Shown here one piece after another: positions 18,452 through 27,512 of a stretch of DNA of 64,000 nucleotides. The notes below the pieces were generated by a model. That model saw only the letters and a program-made list of their open reading frames with translations, searched no databases and had not been told where the DNA came from. The stretch covers positions 69,523 to 133,522 of the forward strand of contig BTVV01000003.1 of NCBI GenBank assembly GCA_045863855.1. The letters are read 5' to 3'. The stretch is from Planctomycetota bacterium (lineage in GTDB: Bacteria > Planctomycetota > SZUA-567 > H5-PLA8). The first letter of the stretch is position 1, and every line of letters starts with the position of its first letter. The position numbers and the translations under genes are program-made.

Positions 18452-19865
18452 GCGCTTGGTCATTTTACCAAACAGATGCATCCATCTTATTGGATGCATA
18501 CTTAGCCTGACATTCCTAGTCAGGCGACTAAGTGCGGAGCAAGGCCACGAACTTCCTGCTCGTCCCGCCGATTTAAGTGGACTTAGCCTACTTAGGGGAG
18601 ATCTAAATAAGAGGTTAGAGCAATCTAATCGAGAAATCGACAAACCGGATAGTACTGCGAAGGACTGGGCACTGCGGAGCCAATTTTTGCTTCGTGCTGG
18701 TCGCATTGAAGACGCCGAAGAGGCTGCGGCAAAGGCTTTACAATTGAACGGACGTTTGGCTGAAGCTCACTTTGTGATGGCACTGATTAGAGAAGCTGAA
18801 GGCAAGGCAGAAGAAGCTGCGAAATTTAATGAAGCAGGTTGGCGAGATGGGTATCCTGATCTGAAGTCGTATCGAATCCTTCCGACATTTCCGATCGAAG
18901 TTCCCAAGCTAGTTCGCCAAGCCCGTGCCGAATTGATTATAAGGAGTTTGAATGATGACGATCCGCAGCGAAAGACAGTTGAAAGTATCAGGGCTTGGCG
19001 GGAAAGGTTTCCTGCCAGTATGCGCTTTTATTCGATTGGCGAATTGCCTATCCCGATGTCTGAAGAATTGGGATTCCGAAATCGCATTCTGTATATAAGA
19101 ACTCGAACTGAGGAAAGGGAATTTCGCCTACACCTGGACACTGGGGCATGGGATGCCTCCTTGGTTACAAGTGTTTTTGAAGAAAGTACCAAGTTGAGAA
19201 TTGAGAGTCATAGTTGGGGCATGCATGGATGGGGGATTAGAAAGGGCTCCGTGTTGCCTTCGATGTGGATAGGAAGCTGGAAGGTGAGAAACATACCTGT
19301 TGACGAAGCCGGCCGCAGTTACTTGGGATTAGGTTTATTTGTCGTAAATAGATTGTGCGTGGGATTGGATTTAAAGAACGACAAGTTCGTGGTATGGAAA
19401 TCGCCCCTTCCTTCGGAGAAGGGCCTCCGCAGAACAACTCTCCCCATATTGCTTTTCGATGGGCATATATACTTGCGTGTGAAATTGGCGAATGGTCGAA
19501 CTGCAATCTTTATCTTCGACACAGGCGCTACAGCCACCTTTCTAGATTCCGATCCCCACTTTGAGCTTCGAATGAACGAGAAGGTGAGTGGACGAGAAGT
19601 TCGGATTCAGATCACCGATATCCACCGTAAGGAAATCGTGCCGGTATGGAAATTGGACTCGTTAGAAGTAGTCTTGACCGAAAATGCGACATTAAAAATT
19701 TCCAAGACACCATTTTCCTTAAACTTGCTTCCTCTTTCCCAATTAACCGCTGTAATTCCTGATGGGATTTTGGGTGCAGACATATTTTCTCAAACCCCTT
19801 TGAAGAAGGGCTGCGTTTGGCTAGACTTTGATTCATACCAAATACACTTCGATTTGCCGGACTAA
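18414..19865 (+). CDS. Secreted TPR protein with two retropepsin-like aspartic protease domains
   Basis: Signal-like N-terminus, TPR-like AEEAAAKALQLNGRLAEAHF, LHLDTGA, FIFDTGA, and C-terminal DGILGAD. True start uncertain (probably after 18451). Low GC. Confidence 0.72.
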   Translation: MTKTRRSCGRRSRRLVILPNRCIHLIGCILSLTFLVRRLSAEQGHELPARPADLSGLSLLRGDLNKRLEQSNREIDKPDSTAKDWALRSQFLLRAGRIEDAEEAAAKALQLNGRLAEAHFVMALIREAEGKAEEAAKFNEAGWRDGYPDLKSYRILPTFPIEVPKLVRQARAELIIRSLNDDDPQRKTVESIRAWRERFPASMRFYSIGELPIPMSEELGFRNRILYIRTRTEEREFRLHLDTGAWDASLVTSVFEESTKLRIESHSWGMHGWGIRKGSVLPSMWIGSWKVRNIPVDEAGRSYLGLGLFVVNRLCVGLDLKNDKFVVWKSPLPSEKGLRRTTLPILLFDGHIYLRVKLANGRTAIFIFDTGATATFLDSDPHFELRMNEKVSGREVRIQITDIHRKEIVPVWKLDSLEVVLTENATLKISKTPFSLNLLPLSQLTAVIPDGILGADIFSQTPLKKGCVWLDFDSYQIHFDLPD

Positions 19866-20184
19866 GCGGGTTCGTATTCGTTTATTAGCTATTGAGCGCG
19901 CTTCGCGCGGTATGTTGTGTTCACTTCTCCTACCTGTCCTTTGCAAGGACGGGAATCTTACTGGTCAACGGCGAAGAGCCTGGCCGAGGCCGGATCGTAC
20001 CTAACAATCGGCCAATGAAGTCAAATTCTTTTGCTTAAAGTGAGTTGCTAGTGAATAAGCTGCTTCCCCTGCGGGTTGCACACCCGCAATACCTGGCGAG
20101 TTTGGCGGATGCGCAATGAATTCGCCGCAAGCGTCTGCAATTCCGCATTCCTCAAGGCGCAAACGTGCGCTATAGTCTCCGCCC

Positions 20185-22095
20185 ATGAGCACGCCTCAAC
20201 CACGGTCGCCGGGCGGGTCGGGGGCCGACCGGCCCCACGACCCCGATGCGACGGTGATGCGCCCTTCGGACCCGCCTCCGCCGGCGCCGCGCCCCATCGT
20301 CGACGCCGAAGGCGACGGCGAACTGGACCTGCCCACCGAACGCTCGCTGCCGCCGCAGGACCTTTCGCGCGATGCGCTTTTGGCGCTGGCGCCGCGGCAT
20401 GCGATGGACGGGCTTACGGTTCCGGTGCTGGGCGGCGTTTTTCTGGTCGCCAAGATCGGGCAGGGCGGGATGGGAGCGGTTTACTACGGGCTGCATTCGC
20501 GGCTGCGCAAAGAAGTCGCGCTCAAGGTATTGCCGCCGAATCTGGCCGAGCAAGATCCCGACCTGATGAAACGCTTTTTCCGCGAGGCGCAGATCGCATG
20601 CCGCGTCAGTTCGCCGCATGTCGTGAACGTGCTGGATGTGAACCGCGACGAAGCGAGCGGGCTGTGCTACCTCGTGATGGAGTACGTGCGCGGAACCTCG
20701 GCCGGCGGAGTGCTGAAGCAGGTCCAGAAGGACAAGCGAGTGGGGCTTGACGAGGCCACGGCGCTGACGCTGATCGCCTCGGCCAGCGAAGGACTGGCGG
20801 CGGCGCATGCCGAGGGGATCGTGCATCGGGATATCAAGCCGGACAACATTTTGATTCCGTTCGCGCGCGGAGGGCACGAACCGCAATTCGGGCGTTCGAA
20901 GCTCGCGGACTTGGGGCTCGCGCGCTGCGGGGAGAGCGGTTTATCGCTGACCGGTGCGCAGATGGCGATGGGCACGCCGGGGTACCTTGCGCCGGAGCAG
21001 GCCATCGACGCGAAGACCGCGGGGCTGCCCGCCGACGTCTACGGCATGGGCGCGACGCTGTACGCGCTCCTGAGCGGCCACGCACCGTTCACGGGCTCGA
21101 GCGCAATGAAGATCATCCTCGACACGATGCAGAATCCGCACCGTCCGATTCGCGAACTGCGGCCGGACGTTTCTGAGGCAACGGCTGCGCTGCTGGAGCG
21201 CTGCTTGCAAAAGAAGCCCGAGCACCGACCGCGGGACGGCGGAGCCTTATGCGAGGAATTGCGCGCCTGCCGGGCCGCTCCAAGCCGTTCGGCGCCGCGT
21301 TCGGATGCGGAATTCACGCCCACCGTTCGCGCCGCTCCGTCGCCGGCCGGTCCTGCGCCGTCGCCTTCGGCCTGGCGGCAGGAAGTGGTGCCTTCGGTGA
21401 ATGCCGCTCCGCCGGCTTCAGGCCCGCCGGTATACACACCGCCGGCCGCTTACGCTCCGCCGCAGACGCCCGCGCCCGCGGCCGGTTCGTACGGGCCTCC
21501 GCCGGTGTATTCGCCCCCCGGTGCGTATGCGCCGCCGGGCGGTTATCGCCCTTCGGGGCCGCCCGCTCCCGCGCCGAAGCAGGGCTCGTCGAGCGCGGTG
21601 GTCTTAGGCATTGTGGCCGCGGTGCTGCTGCTGCTGCTGGGCGGGGGGATCGGCGGCTTGTTGCTGCTGGGCATAGAGTCCGATGCGCCGCCTGCCGAAG
21701 ACGGTCAATCCCTGCAGATGCGCACGGGCGCCACGGACCTCATGGATTCGGACTATCCGGAGTTCGAGCGCGCCGCGCGGCGCTGGTTCGAACAGTTCAT
21801 GACGGGGCGCTTTAGCGAAGCTTACAACGGGACGGACGACGGATTCCGGGCCAACGTCACGGAAGCGGACTTCATCGCCAAGGCGAAGGGGATGCAGACC
21901 GGCGGCTGGCCGAGTTCGTTCGAATTTGACGATGCGCAGACGTTCCCGGATCCGCAGGGGAACCCGATGCTGCGGCTGCGGTTCGAGGTTCATTATCCGA
22001 ACGGCGAGGCGTGGAACTTCGATTTCCAGTTCCGGCAGAACATCCAGCCGCCACGGATTTACCGGTTCGACTATACCCCGCGCACCGGGAATTAA
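20185..22095 (+). CDS. Transmembrane Ser/Thr protein kinase (Hanks type)
   Basis: IGQGGMGAVY, VALK, HRDIKPDN, DLG, GTPGYLAPEQ; Pro-rich linker, TM helix, small extracytoplasmic domain. Confidence 0.93.
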   Translation: MSTPQPRSPGGSGADRPHDPDATVMRPSDPPPPAPRPIVDAEGDGELDLPTERSLPPQDLSRDALLALAPRHAMDGLTVPVLGGVFLVAKIGQGGMGAVYYGLHSRLRKEVALKVLPPNLAEQDPDLMKRFFREAQIACRVSSPHVVNVLDVNRDEASGLCYLVMEYVRGTSAGGVLKQVQKDKRVGLDEATALTLIASASEGLAAAHAEGIVHRDIKPDNILIPFARGGHEPQFGRSKLADLGLARCGESGLSLTGAQMAMGTPGYLAPEQAIDAKTAGLPADVYGMGATLYALLSGHAPFTGSSAMKIILDTMQNPHRPIRELRPDVSEATAALLERCLQKKPEHRPRDGGALCEELRACRAAPSRSAPRSDAEFTPTVRAAPSPAGPAPSPSAWRQEVVPSVNAAPPASGPPVYTPPAAYAPPQTPAPAAGSYGPPPVYSPPGAYAPPGGYRPSGPPAPAPKQGSSSAVVLGIVAAVLLLLLGGGIGGLLLLGIESDAPPAEDGQSLQMRTGATDLMDSDYPEFERAARRWFEQFMTGRFSEAYNGTDDGFRANVTEADFIAKAKGMQTGGWPSSFEFDDAQTFPDPQGNPMLRLRFEVHYPNGEAWNFDFQFRQNIQPPRIYRFDYTPRTGN

Positions 22096-22173
22096 GCGGA
22101 CCGGAATAGGGCGCGCCGCGCTTCGTTTTCGTCCGATACTTGGGGATAAAGAGGAGCCCCATCCGGCGTCGCC

Positions 22174-23436
22174 ATGTACGTGATTCCTGTCGCCCTCCGC
22201 TTTCTGCGCAAGCGTCCCATCTCTTGGATGGCCGCGGCGATCACGATGCTGATCGTGATCCTGTACCTGCTCATTATTTCTGTGATGGAAGGCTTCAAGG
22301 CGCTGCATATGGACAGCTTGCAGTCGGTGCAGGCGCACATGACGGTGCAAGCCGGTTCGATCGCGCGCGGGATGTGGCATCCCGAAAAGTGGGCCGCAGA
22401 AGTTGCGGGCGTCGAGGGCGTGAAGGGGGTCACGATCGGGCTGGAGATTCCGGCCATCGCGATCTTCGACGAGAGCCGCACGATCGGCGCGCTGCGCGGG
22501 GTGGATCTGGACCGCGAACTGGCCTTGGGGCGCATGCGCGAACTGATCTCGCCCAAGGATCTGAGCGAGTTCGGGGTGCATGACGTGGGCGGAAAGACGC
22601 TCCGGGGGTGCATCGTCGGCGGGATGTGGAAGCGGCGGCATAACTTGAAGACGGGCGATCACGTCACGTTCCTATTCACCGACGAAGAGGGCGATCCGCG
22701 GCCGGTGGCGTTCCGCATCGTCGGCTTCTTCGAAGGGAAAGACCCGTATTACGAGAATGCGGCCTTCGTGGACCGCTCGTACCTGTCCGACAAGCTGGGC
22801 ATTCCGGGGCAGGCGAAGACGCTGAGCGTTTGGGTCGTCGGCGATCCGGACCGTCCGGACCTCGACGAGATTCGCTCGAAGGTGAAGGGGACGGTCGACG
22901 CGGCGATGGCACGCGACGTGCCGCACTTGAAGCAGCTCCGCGAGGTGCTGGAGGTCGAGACCTGGCGCGAGAAGGGCGACAACTGGTATCAGGCGATCAC
23001 GCGCGAGAACCAGATCATGCGTTTCATCATGGGCATTTTCCTGGTCTTCGTGGTGATCATCATCATGCTGATCCTGAGCCGGATGGTGGCCGAGAAGGTG
23101 CGCGATATTGGCGTGTTGCGCGCGATGGGCGCGACGCCGCGGGGCATCCTGGCTTTATTCCTGGTGCAAGGCCTGTGCATCACCTTGGCCGGGCTGGCCT
23201 TAGGGTTGCCGCTGGCGGTGTTGCTGATCCGGAACCTCAACGAGTTGGAAAAGGCCTTTCAGGTGAACATCTTTCCCAAGGCGGCGTTTCTGATCGAGAC
23301 GATTCCCTCACGTCTGCTGCCGCAGGACGTGGCGCTGATCGTGGTCCTTACGCTGGGGGCGGGTTTCCTGGGCGCGCTGTATCCGGCGTGGAAGGCCTCG
23401 CGGTTGGATCCGGTCGAGTGTTTGAGGCATGAGTAA
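22174..23436 (+). CDS. ABC transporter permease, LolC/E (FtsX-like) family
   Basis: ISVMEGF, EKVRDIGVLRAMGA, LYPAWKASRLDPVECLRHE. Confidence 0.88.
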   Translation: MYVIPVALRFLRKRPISWMAAAITMLIVILYLLIISVMEGFKALHMDSLQSVQAHMTVQAGSIARGMWHPEKWAAEVAGVEGVKGVTIGLEIPAIAIFDESRTIGALRGVDLDRELALGRMRELISPKDLSEFGVHDVGGKTLRGCIVGGMWKRRHNLKTGDHVTFLFTDEEGDPRPVAFRIVGFFEGKDPYYENAAFVDRSYLSDKLGIPGQAKTLSVWVVGDPDRPDLDEIRSKVKGTVDAAMARDVPHLKQLREVLEVETWREKGDNWYQAITRENQIMRFIMGIFLVFVVIIIMLILSRMVAEKVRDIGVLRAMGATPRGILALFLVQGLCITLAGLALGLPLAVLLIRNLNELEKAFQVNIFPKAAFLIETIPSRLLPQDVALIVVLTLGAGFLGALYPAWKASRLDPVECLRHE

Positions 23437-24184
23437 CGTGGGCGAGCGCACGGAGGCGGCGATGGCGGCGAACGATGCGAAGCGCTCCGGCGCGGCACTG
23501 CTGCGCGCGACGGAGATGCGCCGCACGTTCATCGACGGCGAGCGGCGGCTGGAGGTGCTGAAGCAAGCCACGCTGACGGTGCATGCCGGCGAAGTAGTTG
23601 CGCTGATCGGGAAGAGCGGGAGCGGGAAGTCCACGCTGCTGCATCTGCTGGGACTGCTCGACCGGCCCGACGGGGGCGAAGTGGAACTCGACGCCACCCC
23701 GACGGCGAAACTGGGAGAGGCCGAACGCGCGGAGCTGCGCAACCGGCTGATCGGCTTCATATTTCAGCACTATTTCCTGCTGCCCGACTTCAACGTACTC
23801 GAGAACGTACTGATGCCGGCGCGGCTGGCAGGGATCTCGGCCGCCGCGGCCCGAGGACGCGCGGAGGAGTTGCTGGAGGCGGTGGACTTGAAGGATCGCG
23901 CCCGGCAGCGCCCGCTTACGCTTAGCGGAGGGGAGCGGCAGCGCGTGGCGATCGCCCGGGCCTTGATGCAGCGCCCGCGGGTGCTGCTTTGCGACGAGCC
24001 CACAGGCAACCTTGACCCGGCCACGGGTACACGTATCATGGCGCTGATCTTTGAGTTAGCGCGCCGAGACGGAATGGCCGCCGCGGTCGTGACTCACGAC
24101 CCGGCGCTGGCCGAACAAGCCGACCGTATTCTGCGCCTGGAGTCCGGAACGCTGCAACTCCAGGCCAAGCGCACTCAAGTTTAG
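23429..24184 (+). CDS. lolD: ABC transporter ATP-binding protein, LolD-like
   Basis: GKSGSGKST, LSGGERQRVAIARAL, CDEPTGNLD. Confidence 0.85.
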   Translation: MSNVGERTEAAMAANDAKRSGAALLRATEMRRTFIDGERRLEVLKQATLTVHAGEVVALIGKSGSGKSTLLHLLGLLDRPDGGEVELDATPTAKLGEAERAELRNRLIGFIFQHYFLLPDFNVLENVLMPARLAGISAAAARGRAEELLEAVDLKDRARQRPLTLSGGERQRVAIARALMQRPRVLLCDEPTGNLDPATGTRIMALIFELARRDGMAAAVVTHDPALAEQADRILRLESGTLQLQAKRTQV

Positions 24185-24264
24185 CCGCGCCCAAGGAGGC
24201 GCGGGGACGTTCAAGCCGGGCGCGGCCGCGCGGGCGGGGCGCCTTCATCTTGTTGGAGTTCGTG

Positions 24265-25152
24265 ATGAGCATTCAGGTGTGGATCGACGGCGAGTACTAC
24301 CCCAAGGACCAGGCGAAGGTTTCGGTCTTCGACCACGGCCTGCTGTACGGAGACGGCGTCTTCGAAGGCATTCGCTCGTACCACGGGAAAGTCTTCCGGC
24401 TCAAGCAGCACGTCGACCGGCTCTACGCCAGCGCCAAGGCGATCTGGCTGGAAGTACCGATCTCGAAGGCCGAGATGAGCCAGCGGATCGAAGAGACGGT
24501 GAAGATCAACAAGCTCACCGATTCGTACATTCGCGTGCTGGTCACGCGCGGCAAGGGCGACTTGGGGCTCGACCCGCGCAAGTGCCCGCGTCCGACAATC
24601 GTGATCATCGCCGATACGATTCAGCTCTATCCGCCCGAGTTCTACCAGAAGGGTCTGGATGTGATCACCGCTGCGACGCCGATTAGCCACCGCGAGAACC
24701 TGAATCCGCGGATCAAGTCGCTGAACTACCTGGGGCACATCCTGGCCAAGATCGAAGGGATCCAGGCGGGCGTGCATGAGGTGGTGATGCTGGACCCGGC
24801 CGGCTTCGTGGCCGAATGCAGCGGCGATAATATTTTCGTGATCAATCCGCCGGATCACAAGAGCGGCGGGAAGAAGATCCTGCGCACGCCGCACGCCAAC
24901 GCCGGCATCCTGAAGGGGGTGACGCGCGACGCGGTGATCGAATTGGCCTCATCGGGCGGATACGATGTCCGAGAAGAACTCTTCACGCGCTACGACCTGT
25001 ATACGGCGGACGAGATGTTTCTGACGGGCACAGGTGCAGAGATCATTTCGGTCGTAAAGGTGGACGGGCGAACGATTGCCGACGGCAAACCCGGTCCGGT
25101 AACGCTCGATCTGCTGGCGCGGTTCCGCGAATTGACCAAGACGGGTGGATAA
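24265..25152 (+). CDS. ilvE: Branched-chain amino acid aminotransferase
   Basis: FDHGLLYGDGVFEGIR, IKSLNY, ECSGDN, GILKGVTR, FLTGTGAE. Confidence 0.93.
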   Translation: MSIQVWIDGEYYPKDQAKVSVFDHGLLYGDGVFEGIRSYHGKVFRLKQHVDRLYASAKAIWLEVPISKAEMSQRIEETVKINKLTDSYIRVLVTRGKGDLGLDPRKCPRPTIVIIADTIQLYPPEFYQKGLDVITAATPISHRENLNPRIKSLNYLGHILAKIEGIQAGVHEVVMLDPAGFVAECSGDNIFVINPPDHKSGGKKILRTPHANAGILKGVTRDAVIELASSGGYDVREELFTRYDLYTADEMFLTGTGAEIISVVKVDGRTIADGKPGPVTLDLLARFRELTKTGG

Positions 25153-25305
25153 AGGGCGTGTTGTCGCGAGTGGCGGCAGCATGGGCTTTACGAGGTGCGT
25201 CCACTTTTTAAGGGCATAGCTCGGGAACGATATATCTTTTGCACCGGTGGTTCGGGGACCGTCGGGCGAAGAGGTCGGTCCGCGAGAGCGAGCCAAGCGT
25301 TCATT

Positions 25306-26880
25306 ATGCCGCAGTTGCGTATTAAAAACGGTCCGCAAAAGAACTCCCTCGTTCAAGTCGAGGGGGATAAGCCGATTATTATTGGCCGCGATCCGACCAC
25401 CTCATTGCAGGTAATCGACAAGGGCGTTTCGCGCGAGCACGCGGAAGTGTTTCGCGTGGGCGAGATGGTCTTCATCCGCGACCTGGGAAGCCGCAACGGG
25501 ACGTTCGTCAACGAAGAGCAGATGGAAGAGGAACTGCTGCGCGAAGGCGACGTGATCCGCCTGGGCAGCACGCAGATCGTTTTCGAGTCGTCTGGCAAGA
25601 CGCAGAACAAAGATGTCGAGTACGACGAAGCGGCCGAGTTCAAAACTTCGCTGGAGTTGAAGGTCGAGGATCTGTTCGTCGGCGAAGGCGAGAACAGCGC
25701 GCGGGCGGGGGAGCACTTCCGCGCAATCTGCCAAGCCACGCAGTTGATGGCGCGCAACATCGACGAGGATGAACTCTTCGGGCACATCACGACGCTGATC
25801 CAGGAGTACGTGCCCGCCGATCACCTGTACCTGTTCCTGAAGGACGAGGAGACCGGCGCGATCGTTCCGCGGGCGACGAAGCAGCAGGGCGAGAACCGCC
25901 AGATCCCGATTTCTCGGACGATCCTGAAGCGCGTGATCACCGAAGCGCGGGCGATCCTTACGGCCGACGCGATGCAGGACGAGCGCTTCAAGACGGGCGA
26001 TTCGATCGTGATGCACCAGATTCGCAGTGTGCTGTGCGTGCCGGTGATGTCCGGCCGCAAGGCGCTGGGCGCGCTGTACGCCGTCAACGCGCGGCTGGCC
26101 GAGACTTTCGACCAGGAAGACCTGGAACTGCTGACCGCGATCTGCACGCAATTGGGCGCGCACCTGACGCTGCTCTCCGCCACCAAAGGCCGGCGGCGGA
26201 TGTTTATGGGCCTGATCGGCAAGCTCGTCGCGCTGTTGGAAACCGCGGAGACGGGCCGAGGCGGGCATGCCGAGCGGGTCGGCACGGCGTCGGCGGCGAT
26301 CGCACGGCAGATGAACCTCGATGAGTTGGAAGTTCTGCGCGTCACCGTCGCCGGCTACCTGCACGATATCGGGAAGTTCAAGAGCGTGGTCTCGAGCGCC
26401 CCGGACAAGGGCGAAGTCAAGAAGGGCGATCCGCACGTACATTACGCCACGCTTCTGCTCGAGACGCTCCCCGGACTGGGTGATGTGGTTACCTACGTGC
26501 GCGGGCACCACGAACGCTTCGATGGGACGGGCTATCCGGTGGGCTTGAAAGGCGAAAGCATCCCTCTGGGCGCGCGGATTATTTCGGTTGCCGACGCGCT
26601 GGATCACTTGCTTTACGACGACGGCAAGCTGACACCTGGGCAGGATCCCGATCCGGCGGATCTGCGCAAGGCTTTCACCGCGCTGGGCAACCAGGCCGGC
26701 GATGCGTTCGACATGACCGTCATCCGCGCACTGATGGTCGCGTATCGGCACGGGAAGCTTTTCCCGTCGGTCAAGGATGCGGCGATGATTTCGGAAGTCG
26801 ACACGATGCCTTCGGGCCCCAGTCTGCTGCCGGCCAAGACCACCTCCGAGGCCCCGGCCGGTGAGGCGGCGCAGGCGTGA
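25306..26880 (+). CDS. FHA-GAF-HD-GYP domain protein
   Basis: FHA (IGRD...VSREHA...DLGSRNGT), GAF (DERF...IRSVLCVP), HD-GYP (LHDIGK, HHERFDGTGYP). Confidence 0.88.
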   Translation: MPQLRIKNGPQKNSLVQVEGDKPIIIGRDPTTSLQVIDKGVSREHAEVFRVGEMVFIRDLGSRNGTFVNEEQMEEELLREGDVIRLGSTQIVFESSGKTQNKDVEYDEAAEFKTSLELKVEDLFVGEGENSARAGEHFRAICQATQLMARNIDEDELFGHITTLIQEYVPADHLYLFLKDEETGAIVPRATKQQGENRQIPISRTILKRVITEARAILTADAMQDERFKTGDSIVMHQIRSVLCVPVMSGRKALGALYAVNARLAETFDQEDLELLTAICTQLGAHLTLLSATKGRRRMFMGLIGKLVALLETAETGRGGHAERVGTASAAIARQMNLDELEVLRVTVAGYLHDIGKFKSVVSSAPDKGEVKKGDPHVHYATLLLETLPGLGDVVTYVRGHHERFDGTGYPVGLKGESIPLGARIISVADALDHLLYDDGKLTPGQDPDPADLRKAFTALGNQAGDAFDMTVIRALMVAYRHGKLFPSVKDAAMISEVDTMPSGPSLLPAKTTSEAPAGEAAQA

Positions 26881-27512
26881 CCGCTGGGCCGGCACCCGGC
26901 GCGCTGAGCCCCGCCGCGCGAACTTACCTTCTTCAACTGGCGCGTTCGGCCGCGGCGCATGCGCTGAACGGTACGGTCTTCGCGGCCCCCGAACCTCCGG
27001 CCGGGAATGACGTCCTCACCGCGCCCGGCGCTTGCTTCGTGACCTTTAAACGCAAAGGGTTGCCGCCGGGCGAGAGTCTGCGCGGCTGCTTGGGCACCTT
27101 CGATTTCCGCGAGCCTTTGTACCGGTCGGTTGCGCGTCTGGCGGCGGACAGCGTGACGGCCGATTCGCGTTTTCGGAACGATCCCGTCACGAGCGAGGAA
27201 CTGCCCGAACTGGAGATCGACATCTCGGTGCTGCATCCGCCGCGCGAGCTGGCCGGACCGCTGGCGTTCGAACTGGGCGTGGACGGGATCGTCGTCGAGG
27301 GGCGCGGGACTTACGAAGGGCGGCGCGGCGTGTACCTTCCGCAGGTGGCCGTCGAGTTCGAGATGGATAAGGAAGCGTTTTTGAATTCGTGCTGCGAGCA
27401 CAAAGCCGGCCTGCCCGCGGGCGCATGGCGCGATCCGAAACGCTGCGCGGTACGCGCGTTCCGGGCCGAAGTATTCGGCGAAGAGGGGCTTATTAGCGGC
27501 TCTAAGGCTTAA
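26877..27512 (+). CDS. amrA: AMMECR1 family (AmmeMemoRadiSam protein A)
   Basis: GACFVT, LRGCLG, DSRF, EIDISVL, GVYLPQVA, KAGL. Confidence 0.88.
   Translation: MTAGPAPGALSPAARTYLLQLARSAAAHALNGTVFAAPEPPAGNDVLTAPGACFVTFKRKGLPPGESLRGCLGTFDFREPLYRSVARLAADSVTADSRFRNDPVTSEELPELEIDISVLHPPRELAGPLAFELGVDGIVVEGRGTYEGRRGVYLPQVAVEFEMDKEAFLNSCCEHKAGLPAGAWRDPKRCAVRAFRAEVFGEEGLISGSKA

Noticed and set aside
19866..20184. Possible tRNA or attachment site at the edge of the low-GC islet
   Set aside because: Only short hairpins and a GGTTCG fragment; no cloverleaf or flanking direct repeat found.
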